Origin: Candidatus Saccharimonadota bacterium
GTDB taxonomy: Bacteria > Patescibacteriota > Saccharimonadia > Saccharimonadales > Saccharimonadaceae
Length of the DNA: 32,000 bases
NCBI RefSeq assembly: GCF_025273655.1
Contig: NZ_CP045921.1
Location: forward strand, 510,001 to 542,000
Direction of reading: 5' to 3'
The notes under the pieces are model-generated. The model searched no databases and had not been told where the DNA came from. It worked only from the letters and a program-made list of their open reading frames with translations. A program made the translations under genes and the position numbers. Below, in pieces: positions 1-7,620 of this stretch. Each line of letters begins with the position of its first letter. Positions within the stretch are counted from its first letter, which is position 1.

Positions 1-1
1 T

Positions 2-376
2 AAGATCAAAGGACTTATCCAGGATGACGCGCATATGCCTGTCGTAGAACGTAAACGTATAGTACGTTCACATTTTGGCGGTTCGGTGTTCACCGTGGTG
101 CGCAACAGTCTGCTGATCGACATGGCCGATGCCGGTCTACCGACTAAGCTGCGTCATTCTATCGAGGAACAACAGCTGCAAGTGAGAAAAGCACGCGATT
201 ACAATTACGATGCGCACTCAAAAGGTCTCAAAAAACTGCTAGAAGATCATATGATCGAGCGTGATCCGGAAAACAAGCCGACATGGGCGATTCCTCTACT
301 CGCTACCTACTATTCAGCGCTTGATACGGAGTTTATACAGGGGAATCCGGCACCTGTTGACGCAAATCAGCGATGA
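2..376 (+). CDS. hypothetical protein, C-terminal part (ORF open at the left window edge)
   Basis: Frame 2 is open from nt 2 (KIKGLIQDDAHMPVVERK...) to TGA at 374-376. No family motif recognised. The 3' end overlaps convergent tmk by 44 nt. Confidence 0.4.
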   Translation, partial: KIKGLIQDDAHMPVVERKRIVRSHFGGSVFTVVRNSLLIDMADAGLPTKLRHSIEEQQLQVRKARDYNYDAHSKGLKKLLEDHMIERDPENKPTWAIPLLATYYSALDTEFIQGNPAPVDANQR

Positions 377-1013
377 TGAGGTTTTGAACTTCTTGTTTTG
401 TGCCACCTGCGTCGATCGTGGCAATATGTTGTTGGTTGGCGATTTGACTATACGCGCTACTAACAGCCGCTTGGAACTCTGCACCTCGAGACTCGAATGT
501 ATCGGGCCTGTCTAAGACTCCACGATTTTGGATGCGTGCCTGGCGGGTAGCTTCACTACCGAGAACTAGTACGGTCTGGAAGTCCGGTCGCATGTATTCT
601 TCTCCGACTTGCTCAGCGGTATACGTGAGAATGTCATCAAGTGACACACCTTCACCGAAGCCCTGATACGCCAGGGTAGACACGTAGTTCCGAGCCGCCA
701 CAACCCAGATACCACGCTGCAAGGCGGGTCGCATGACTCGCTCCCAATTCGCCTTTCTTGCAGCCGTATTCCACTCAACGTTTTGCCACGGCGTGCGATC
801 AATCGTACCATCTTTAATGCGTTGGCGCAGCGCGATCGCTTCATCGACTCGCGGGAGGCCTAGCGTATTGTCACCCGCAAACCCGTCTGGCTCATGAATT
901 TGGATCGCTTGCACTCCCCGTTCCAAGAGGCTGTGCTGCAGCATGTCAACTTGTGATGATTTACCGGTGCCGTCGGTACCTTCAATAACGATGTATTTGC
1001 CTCGTTCGCTCAT
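333..1013 (-). CDS. tmk: thymidylate (dTMP) kinase
   Basis: N-terminal P-loop YIVIEGTDGTGKSS is typical of Tmk; 226 aa. Its ATG shares one nt with the dcd stop (TAATG), suggesting translational coupling. Confidence 0.93.
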   Translation of the reverse strand: MSERGKYIVIEGTDGTGKSSQVDMLQHSLLERGVQAIQIHEPDGFAGDNTLGLPRVDEAIALRQRIKDGTIDRTPWQNVEWNTAARKANWERVMRPALQRGIWVVAARNYVSTLAYQGFGEGVSLDDILTYTAEQVGEEYMRPDFQTVLVLGSEATRQARIQNRGVLDRPDTFESRGAEFQAAVSSAYSQIANQQHIATIDAGGTKQEVQNLIIADLRQQVPDSPV

Positions 1014-1999
1014 TATGCAATTCCTTTCTGTAGTCCCTCGACAGGCTCGAGCGGCAAAATTTCGTTTTTGTACGCACGGGGCAGCATATTACTCGGGTGC
1101 CACTGTGATTTGGTGGCGCGCAAGGTTTCCTGCCGCTGCTGCTTGAGGCCATGCGCATACGAAAGATCGACGACGTTCTGCGCTTGATAATTACCAGATG
1201 CTTGTGCGTATTCGGTACCGACACTTCCCGTCATACTGAATACGATCTGGGCCAAGCGAAAACCGACTGGGACAGGCAGGAACTCTTTTTCGTTCAGGTT
1301 ATGAATCTCCATCGTCCACCGGTTGATATAGCCGGGGTCGCCCCAGCCTGCACAGTAGCATGCTGACAGCCCGATCCGACCAGTAGTGCTGCGCGCCTGC
1401 ATGGATGTAGTACCCGGCGGCAGTATACCGATAAATTCGTTGGTGTGTGCGAGAATTCGTTCACCTGGCCGTAGTAAGATCATCGGATGCTCCGCGGGGA
1501 TACGCGAAAGTTGCTCCTCGTTTTCGTAGCGAGCCAGCACACGCTGACCCATTTGTTTTTTGACTTTTGTGAGTACAGCTCCCCAGGGCTCCGCCGTCAA
1601 AAAGTCTGTCTCCGGGTCTTTGATGCCGTAATAACGTAACGTATCTTCGTAATCATACGGGGTGAAAATCGTGTCGGTAGTGTGAGGTTCTCCCGCGGCA
1701 TAGAACTGCTTACCGATTGTGACGTCTACACTCGAACCATTAATACTGCGTGGATATGGATCGCATACGATGTGGCCAAGTTCCAAGCCGACACGTATTT
1801 CACGATCGCTGAGTACTCCGTTGCTGCGAAGGAATGCTTTGTCAGTTGTAAACACAGGTTTGTCGGCTGGATCGGACAGGTGCTCGTGTCGCATGATCTC
1901 ATGAAATAGTTCATCTTGTTCTGCCTGTGTGGCATCGTTGTCGCGCGTGTCGACGTTATACACTTTTTCACCAGCGATTTCTACCAGGCCACTTCTCAC
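1013..1999 (-). CDS. dcd: dCTP deaminase family protein, unusually long form (328 aa)
   Basis: Dcd/dUTPase-fold motifs are present: GSSVDVTIG, ARSTTGRIGL, GDPGYINRWTMEIHN. GTG start at 1999 is preceded by AAGAGGGAAC. Extra N-terminal, internal and C-terminal segments relative to typical ~190 aa Dcd. Confidence 0.8.
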   Translation of the reverse strand: MRSGLVEIAGEKVYNVDTRDNDATQAEQDELFHEIMRHEHLSDPADKPVFTTDKAFLRSNGVLSDREIRVGLELGHIVCDPYPRSINGSSVDVTIGKQFYAAGEPHTTDTIFTPYDYEDTLRYYGIKDPETDFLTAEPWGAVLTKVKKQMGQRVLARYENEEQLSRIPAEHPMILLRPGERILAHTNEFIGILPPGTTSMQARSTTGRIGLSACYCAGWGDPGYINRWTMEIHNLNEKEFLPVPVGFRLAQIVFSMTGSVGTEYAQASGNYQAQNVVDLSYAHGLKQQRQETLRATKSQWHPSNMLPRAYKNEILPLEPVEGLQKGIA

Positions 2000-2026
2000 T
2001 TATTTGTTCCCTCTTATATTCTATAA

Positions 2027-2035
2027 ATTATATCA
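2027..2035 (-). promoter_or_regulatory. extended -10 element (TGATATAAT) upstream of dcd
   Basis: The reverse complement of 2027-2035 reads TGATATAAT, 27 nt upstream of the dcd GTG, in an AT-rich intergenic stretch. Confidence 0.4.
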
Positions 2036-2102
2036 TTTCAAAAATGAGTCAGCCCGATGGGCTAGCGACGGAATTGATCCATCGAGCCGACCCATCGGCG
2101 AT

Positions 2103-2987
2103 TTACCCTTTTTCAACCAGTGAAAAGTCGGCTTCGTTGGAGACAAACTTCCTGAGCTGCTTCCAGCCGCAAAAGTTGCCACAGAAGCCACCGCTCACTG
2201 GAATCACACGACTGCCGGGCTCCGACCTACGTGGCCAGTCATTGTCGACGAGATGCGGTGTCGCCACGTGTTCGAGCGGTGACATATGCCCGCCTTCGAC
2301 GAGACGCTTGTAGAGCATCAGATCGGCATCGAGGTCGCGCTTGCCGTCATGCGTGAGGTAGCTCACGCGAGCGCAGCGAGCAGCCGAAATCTTACCCGCC
2401 TCACCTGGGTCCTCTTGCGCCCAGGTGAGCTCGTTTGGCTGAATATACGGCATATGCCATTCACCCTCACGAATGAGGTGCGGTTCGGAGGCGTTGTACA
2501 ACTCCTTCATCTTCTCGGCGATCACGCGAATCTCTGGCTGCGCCATTTCGTTGGCACGAAGCGCGAAGAAGTTGCTCCACTCGGTTGCCGTCACGATGAC
2601 GGTATGCCACATCCACGGTTCAAGCAGACGGTTGACCGTCTGTTTGTGGACGCCAGCATGATATAGCTCGAGTGCGTGTCCAACTACATCGTCGCGGGCT
2701 TTCAGCCAATCTTCGATAGCGATTTCTCGCTCAGCTCCCTCGAGCTCTACACTCGCTTGCATACCGGGCTGGTTTTTACCCCAATAGATCGGGATAAATG
2801 GGTCATTTCGGATACGCGCGAGTTGCTTCTCGAACGGAATCGCCCGACTGCTCGCCGAGTTGCGACTAAACACGCGGTGCGTGTTGAACTCAGCCAGCAC
2901 AAATCGCGGAAATGTCACCTCCATGGTGGTCAAGCGATCGCCGGCTTCCGTGATCGAATCAAGTACGATCTTGGCATTGTATGCCAT
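2103..2987 (-). CDS. thyX: FAD-dependent thymidylate synthase (ThyX family)
   Basis: ThyX signature region EFNTHRVFSRNSASSRAIP matches RHRxxSxxxxSxR, except that the first Arg is Thr. AGGAGA RBS lies upstream of the ATG at 2987. Confidence 0.8.
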   Translation of the reverse strand: MAYNAKIVLDSITEAGDRLTTMEVTFPRFVLAEFNTHRVFSRNSASSRAIPFEKQLARIRNDPFIPIYWGKNQPGMQASVELEGAEREIAIEDWLKARDDVVGHALELYHAGVHKQTVNRLLEPWMWHTVIVTATEWSNFFALRANEMAQPEIRVIAEKMKELYNASEPHLIREGEWHMPYIQPNELTWAQEDPGEAGKISAARCARVSYLTHDGKRDLDADLMLYKRLVEGGHMSPLEHVATPHLVDNDWPRRSEPGSRVIPVSGGFCGNFCGWKQLRKFVSNEADFSLVEKG

Positions 2988-3048
2988 GATTTCTCCTAGA
3001 ATTGTAGGGTAAACTCTGTATGTTCACCCACCCAAGACTAGTATAGCA

Positions 3049-3076
3049 AACTACACGCTACATATAGCGTGTAGTT
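3049..3076 (-). terminator. perfect 12-bp stem-loop between the NUDIX-like gene and thyX
   Basis: AACTACACGCTA-CATA-TAGCGTGTAGTT, 21 nt downstream of the NUDIX-like stop. The U-tract on the minus strand is weak. Confidence 0.45.
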
Positions 3077-3096
3077 GTTGTATTTGCGACTATTCA

Positions 3097-3603
3097 CTAC
3101 TCTTGTTCGGTTGTCTCGGCATGCTTCTGGAGAGCGTAAAGCGCGCGACTTACGGTGATCTTGCTGGTGAGCATGAGCTCGCCTAGCTGCTCGGCGTCAA
3201 ACCACTCCAGCTCTGGCGGAGCTTCTACTTCTGGTGTGAGCTCATCTGTAGTGCTCACTAGGATGTAGGCAGAGTCGATATGCACGTGATTACCCTGCCC
3301 CATGCGATGGATATCGAGGTCAAATGGCATGGGCTGCGTGTTGCCTTCTGCTTCGTCGCGTTCGAGCGACATGTTGTCGGCGTAGGTGGCGAGCACTGTC
3401 AGGTACTCTTGTCGCAGGCCTGTCTCAGCTTGGACATGTCGAAAGAGTGCACCGAGTGGGGTTTCATCGATCCCAATGTGAGTGCTAGGGCTGAGCCAGC
3501 TGTAGACCTGCTGATCACGCCGCAACAACACTTTGTTGTCGTAGAGTAATACGGCGCTGACAGTCGGATAGAGCTCGTCTTGGGGTTGTTCGGTAGCTGC
3601 CAT
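3097..3603 (-). CDS. NUDIX-fold protein with a degenerate Nudix box
   Basis: THIGIDETPLGALFRHVQAETGL aligns to Gx5Ex7REUxEExGU with REUxEE replaced by RHVQAE. AAGGAGG RBS upstream. Confidence 0.55.
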   Translation of the reverse strand: MAATEQPQDELYPTVSAVLLYDNKVLLRRDQQVYSWLSPSTHIGIDETPLGALFRHVQAETGLRQEYLTVLATYADNMSLERDEAEGNTQPMPFDLDIHRMGQGNHVHIDSAYILVSTTDELTPEVEAPPELEWFDAEQLGELMLTSKITVSRALYALQKHAETTEQE

Positions 3604-3651
3604 GTTCCTCCTTTAGATTACCTACTCTCAGTATGACACGACGCGGGCAAA

Positions 3652-3680
3652 CAAAAAACCCACGAGACTAGTCTCGTGGG
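3652..3680 (-). terminator. rho-independent terminator downstream of rplA
   Basis: The minus strand reads CCCACGAGA-CTAG-TCTCGTGGG followed by TTTTTTG, 19 nt after the rplA stop. Confidence 0.8.
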
Positions 3681-3698
3681 TTTCGCACTAGTGTGAAA

Positions 3699-4667
3699 CT
3701 AGTTGTTCTCTACCTTGATACCAGGGCCCATGCTGGTGCTGAGGTTGATTGTCTTGATGTAGACGCCTTTGATGCTCGATGGTTTCTGGCTCTGCAGACT
3801 ATCAAAGAAGCTTTTGGCGTTGTCGGCCAGCTTGTCGGCGCCAAACGATACCTTACCGATGGCGAGGTGCACGATAGCTTGTTTGTCGACACGATATTCT
3901 ACCTTACCAGCTTTGGCTTCGGTTGTAGCCTTTGCTACGTCAGCTGCGACAGTGCCGCTCTTTGGGTTTGGCATGAGGCCGCGTGGACCGAGCAAGCGGG
4001 CGTATTTACCAAGCTTCGGCATGTACTGCGGGGTAGCTACAAGGATGTCAAAGTTGAGCTCTTCTTTGTCGAGCTGCTTCAGGAAGTCTTCGTCGCCTAC
4101 GATGTCGGCACCGGCTTTTTTGGCTGCGGCGTGTTCTGATTCTGGAGCGAATACGGCGACACGGACGGTTTTACCGGTGCCATGTGGCAGGCTGACAGTC
4201 GCGCGAATGTTTTGGTCTGCTTGGCGTGGGTCAACACCGAGACGAACATGTACTTCAACGGATGCGTCAAATTTGGCAGGGTTAGTCTCGACAGCGAGTG
4301 CGAGTGCTTCGGCAAGCGGATAAACCTTGCCTGCTTCGAGCTTCTCGGCTACTTTGCGGTAGCTTTTGCCGCGGCGTTCGATAAGTGGACGAGTGACTGG
4401 TACTGGACCTTTTTTCTTCGCCTCTTCGGCTTCTGGATCTTGTGCTGAGGTGTCGCCTGCTTCTTTGCGGGCTTCTTTCTCGGCTTTTGCTTCAGCTTCA
4501 TCGAGCGACTTCTGGCTGCGCTTGCCGGCTTTGGCTGGTGCGGCTTCCTTCACCTCATGATGCTCGGCACCGGCGATCGCTGCTTCGATCTCAGCAATAG
4601 TATTTTTCTCTGTAACTTCGAGCTTGAGCTCGGCAGCTTTTTCTAGGAGATCGGCTTTTTTTGCCAT
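3699..4667 (-). CDS. rplA: 50S ribosomal protein L1 with an N-terminal extension of about 100 aa
   Basis: Canonical L1 core ([49 protein letters not shown]). I chose the start at the ATG at 4667 (MAKKADLL), which has AAAGGA 11 nt upstream, rather than the longer ORF start at 4721. Confidence 0.93.
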   Translation of the reverse strand: MAKKADLLEKAAELKLEVTEKNTIAEIEAAIAGAEHHEVKEAAPAKAGKRSQKSLDEAEAKAEKEARKEAGDTSAQDPEAEEAKKKGPVPVTRPLIERRGKSYRKVAEKLEAGKVYPLAEALALAVETNPAKFDASVEVHVRLGVDPRQADQNIRATVSLPHGTGKTVRVAVFAPESEHAAAKKAGADIVGDEDFLKQLDKEELNFDILVATPQYMPKLGKYARLLGPRGLMPNPKSGTVAADVAKATTEAKAGKVEYRVDKQAIVHLAIGKVSFGADKLADNAKSFFDSLQSQKPSSIKGVYIKTINLSTSMGPGIKVENN

Positions 4668-4737
4668 ATCTGTAAAATCCTTTCTGTGGTGCAAACGGTA
4701 GTTATAGTTACCTCCCAACATTGATAGTTATAGACAA

Positions 4738-4766
4738 ATCATAGCAAATATGTCACAGAATATCAA
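4738..4766 (-). promoter_or_regulatory. sigma70-like promoter for rplA (TTGATA-N17-TATGAT)
   Basis: Hexamers read on the minus strand with a 17-nt spacer. This implies an rplA leader of about 70 nt. Confidence 0.45.
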
Positions 4767-4776
4767 GCGCTTGTGC

Positions 4777-4804
4777 TTGCAGTACGTAGCGAAATACATA
4801 CAAT
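4777..4804 (+). promoter_or_regulatory. sigma70-like promoter for cdsA (TTGCAG-N16-TACAAT)
   Basis: Hexamers read on the plus strand, divergent from the rplA promoter. AAGGAAG RBS precedes the ATG at 4858. Confidence 0.4.
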
Positions 4805-4857
4805 AACGCGCAAGGGTTGTAACTCGACAATTCGACGACAAGATAAGGAAGTGGCTC

Positions 4858-5622
4858 ATGGCTACTGAAAACGATTCCGTGACAGCCGGTAAGACTGCTT
4901 GGTTTCTGGGGTTGATTGCGCTTGTGACGAGCATTGCACTCATCGACTACTGGGCTAGCGCCGACATGTGGGGCTCAAAGACGGTCGGCATGATCCTCGA
5001 TACCGGCATGATGCTGATTGCCGCGGCAGTATGTGCAATTGCTTTCGGGGAAATCTGTCTGACCGGCTATTATCGCCAGTGGGCAGTGTTTCGTCAGTTA
5101 GCTATGACTGCACTTCTTGGTGGCGGCATGGTTGCTGCCATCTATCTGTGGACACAGCAACACGGACTGTTTTACGTCGTGTTTGTCGGTACCATCATCT
5201 GTGACACTGCTGCACAGCTGTGCGGTCGCTTGTGGCCCCGCATGACGAACAGGTGGCCTCGGGTTTGTGAGTTCGGAGCGGTGCATCCGCGAGCACTCAC
5301 AAATGTATCGAGTGGCAAAACTCGTGGAGGGTTCATATGCGGCATGGTACTGGCGGGCGTATTCGTAGGCATCTGTGTCGCTATCGGGTGTCTGTTGCTT
5401 GGCGCTCCACTCTCTTCATGGGGGTTAGTGGCGATAGTGCCACTCGGTGCCGTACTGGGAGATCTGAGCGCTAGCTGGGCGAAACGCGGCATGGGGGCGG
5501 ACGACTTTTATCTCATGAGCGACGAAGAGGGCTTACTCGGTTCTCACGGAGGTCTGCTAGACAGGATCGACAGTCATCTGTGCGCCCAACTTTTTGCGGC
5601 CGCGGTCTTGCTGTTGAGCTAA
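4858..5622 (+). CDS. cdsA: phosphatidate cytidylyltransferase (CDP-diglyceride synthase)
   Basis: Polytopic membrane protein. The C-terminal CdsA signature SWAKRGMGADDF...GSHGGLLDRIDS matches SxxKRxxxxKDxxxxxxGHGGxxDRxD with an insertion. Confidence 0.8.
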   Translation: MATENDSVTAGKTAWFLGLIALVTSIALIDYWASADMWGSKTVGMILDTGMMLIAAAVCAIAFGEICLTGYYRQWAVFRQLAMTALLGGGMVAAIYLWTQQHGLFYVVFVGTIICDTAAQLCGRLWPRMTNRWPRVCEFGAVHPRALTNVSSGKTRGGFICGMVLAGVFVGICVAIGCLLLGAPLSSWGLVAIVPLGAVLGDLSASWAKRGMGADDFYLMSDEEGLLGSHGGLLDRIDSHLCAQLFAAAVLLLS

Positions 5623-5664
5623 GCTTGCGATAGCTGCTTGTCGTCTGCGTCGAATAATGCCCTA

Positions 5665-5698
5665 GCGGAGCGGTATTTTGTACGAAATACCGCTCCGC
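5665..5698 (+). terminator. 14-bp stem-loop downstream of cdsA
   Basis: GCGGAGCGGTATTT-TGTACG-AAATACCGCTCCGC. A strong stem, but no U-tract on either strand. Confidence 0.5.
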
Positions 5699-5745
5699 AG
5701 ACCCCTGTAATCATCTATTTTAATCTAGCGATAACCTAAAAATAA

Positions 5746-5774
5746 TTGACATAAGCAACATGCGCAGATAAGAT
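5746..5774 (+). promoter_or_regulatory. sigma70-like promoter for the LysM-Rpf gene (TTGACA-N17-TAAGAT)
   Basis: Consensus -35 with a 17-nt spacer. It leaves a leader of about 100 nt before the AGGAGG RBS and the ATG at 5877. Confidence 0.5.
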
Positions 5775-5876
5775 AATATTTGTGTTTTTTGGATGTGAGA
5801 GACCAGGAAGGCACACCATCCCATATTCATATCTCTAGCATAACAGGAATACTGGGAGATAAATAGGAGGAAATCA

Positions 5877-6479
5877 ATGCGATATAATGTAAAATTGACA
5901 GCACTTGCCGTGGCTGGTGTCATCACACTGTTTGTTGGAGGGTCGGCGCATGCTGCACCTGGCGATACAGTGACTATCAACCCCGGTGATACACTGTCGT
6001 CTATCGCGGCAGCCAACGGCACCGACTATGTGCGCGTGTTTAACGCCAATCCGCAAATTGCCAATCCAGACGTGATTAATGCAGGAGCTCAAGTACGTAT
6101 ACCGACAGCAGACGAGCAGCTTCCCGATCGACTTGGTGCGCTGCAGGCGGCACCTGCCGTAGCGGTAAGCTATCAGGCGGCACCACAGGCAGCGACATAT
6201 AACGCTCAACTAAAAGCTACTGCAGCATCAACAGCGAGCGGTGGCGTATGGGACACGATCGCGCAGTGTGAATCCGGCGGTAATTGGGGCACCAATACTG
6301 GCAACGGCTATAGTGGTGGCCTGCAGTTTAGTCCTGGTACATGGGCTAAGTACGGAGATGGCTCTGCCTCGGCAGCTGGTGCAAGCAAAGAGGCCCAGAT
6401 AGCCGCAGCCGAAAAAGTCCTGGCAGCACAAGGCTGGGGCGCATGGCCTAGCTGTTCGGCAAAAGCTGGACTACGTTAA
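5877..6479 (+). CDS. rpf: secreted LysM domain + resuscitation-promoting-factor (Rpf) transglycosylase-like protein
   Basis: Signal peptide (..GGSAHA/AP). LysM-like [31 protein letters not shown]. Rpf core [32 protein letters not shown]...[10 protein letters not shown] retains the catalytic Glu and both Cys. Confidence 0.88.
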   Translation: MRYNVKLTALAVAGVITLFVGGSAHAAPGDTVTINPGDTLSSIAAANGTDYVRVFNANPQIANPDVINAGAQVRIPTADEQLPDRLGALQAAPAVAVSYQAAPQAATYNAQLKATAASTASGGVWDTIAQCESGGNWGTNTGNGYSGGLQFSPGTWAKYGDGSASAAGASKEAQIAAAEKVLAAQGWGAWPSCSAKAGLR

Positions 6480-6499
6480 AGCTGGAATCTACTGCGACA

Positions 6500-6536
6500 A
6501 AGAAGACACTTTTCTGCAAAGTGTCTTCTTATTTTG
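6500..6536. terminator. bidirectional terminator between rpf and the convergent gene
   Basis: AAGAAGACACTTT-TCTGC-AAAGTGTCTTCTT followed by ATTTTG on the plus strand and a T-rich tail on the minus strand. It overlaps the stop of the 6529 gene. Confidence 0.7.
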
Positions 6537-7545
6537 TGCCTTCTAGTGCAAGGTCGAAATCGGTTGCATTATATGGAAGATAGAGCGGGCTTTCGCTCAT
6601 GTCGACGGAAGGATCTACTACCAAACATATGCCGGTATCTGGATCAAGCAAGTCCTCACGTTCGTGCAATCGTCGTTGATTTGCTTCCATGCGTCCGCCA
6701 CGTACGGATTGCCAGGCATTGATGAGGCTGACACCGAGTACAGTACCGGTAATTTCGTACGACTTGCCCGCTTCGCTGCTTGACACTGCAGGTTGATGGT
6801 CATCTTGTGCTTCATAGTACAGAAAAGGTGCCGCAGCTGTGATTAGCAGATGAGTTCTGGATGCTGGTAGTGGCATCGCATCGTGTACGAGATTCGTTAC
6901 TTTTTCAAACATACCATATTGTCGTGCCGAAGACAGTTCATAGAATTTAGAGCCTTCGCGTGTGCGTTCATGATACCAAGCTTCAGCTTCGTAGATTCGC
7001 TCGCTGATCTCGCTTATATCGGCTGGTTCGATATCAAATATGGGAGATAGTGAAAGTTCATCAATATTTCCAAATGCCATCGATTGAAAGCTGATTTCAT
7101 GTCTTCCAAGTGGCGTCTCGACACTTTTGCTACCACGCTCGCCAGGGTCAAACTTGAGTTTAAGCGTTGGTGGACTTGAGCGGGAGTCTTGCGTAGCGAT
7201 GAAGCCAAGACTTTTGGCTACTCGATGGACGGGTTCAATGACATCAAAGACACGCGATAACTGGTAGCCTTCTTCTGTATCTTCGATGCTAAGCTTCCCG
7301 CGATGCCAGACACCAGAAACTAACATGTCGTCGTCAAGATACGGCCATTCACAGTCTAGTCCTTTGGTGAGATACTGGACTGCCTCTTGTATGGTGCTTG
7401 GATTGGCATTTTCTTTGTAAAGCCACTTGAGCAGATTATTACCCTCTACGATCTCAGGATAGATCTTGCAGATTTTGTCGTCTGCGTACTCTTGGGCCAG
7501 TGTCTGACCTTGTAGCCATCTTTCGCTTGCTGTCACTCTCTTCAT
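6529..7545 (-). CDS. hypothetical cytoplasmic acidic protein (338 aa)
   Basis: Long ORF with no recognisable motif. Start placed at the ATG at 7545 because TAGTAT lies exactly 7 nt upstream (leaderless-type arrangement); the longer start at 7584 has no signal. Confidence 0.55.
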   Translation of the reverse strand: MKRVTASERWLQGQTLAQEYADDKICKIYPEIVEGNNLLKWLYKENANPSTIQEAVQYLTKGLDCEWPYLDDDMLVSGVWHRGKLSIEDTEEGYQLSRVFDVIEPVHRVAKSLGFIATQDSRSSPPTLKLKFDPGERGSKSVETPLGRHEISFQSMAFGNIDELSLSPIFDIEPADISEISERIYEAEAWYHERTREGSKFYELSSARQYGMFEKVTNLVHDAMPLPASRTHLLITAAAPFLYYEAQDDHQPAVSSSEAGKSYEITGTVLGVSLINAWQSVRGGRMEANQRRLHEREDLLDPDTGICLVVDPSVDMSESPLYLPYNATDFDLALEGTK

Positions 7546-7620
7546 ACATACGATACTACATGGTTTTGACACAAAAGCGAGCATGGGAGGTGTATGGTAC
7601 GTATGAAATAGAGAAGTGTA

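Noticed and set aside
2054-2098. CCGATGGG ... CCCATCGG inverted repeat between thyX and dcd as an intrinsic terminator
   Set aside because: The stem is only 8 bp and encloses a 29-nt loop, and the nearest T-run on the minus strand is displaced by about 8 nt. It may be a weak attenuator, but the sequence alone is not convincing.
3693-4560. Plus-strand ORFs of 148, 184, 88 and 64 aa antisense to rplA
   Set aside because: They lie fully inside the well-supported L1 gene, have low-complexity Ala/Ser/Arg-rich translations, and lack start signals.
5775-5876. Possible c-di-AMP (ydaO-type) riboswitch in the ~100-nt leader of the Rpf gene, as found upstream of rpfA in some Actinobacteria
   Set aside because: I see only two short hairpins (GGATG..CATCC and TATCTC..GAGATA). 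The leader is shorter than a ydaO element and I could not find its conserved pseudo-twofold core motifs. A cmscan would be needed to settle it.
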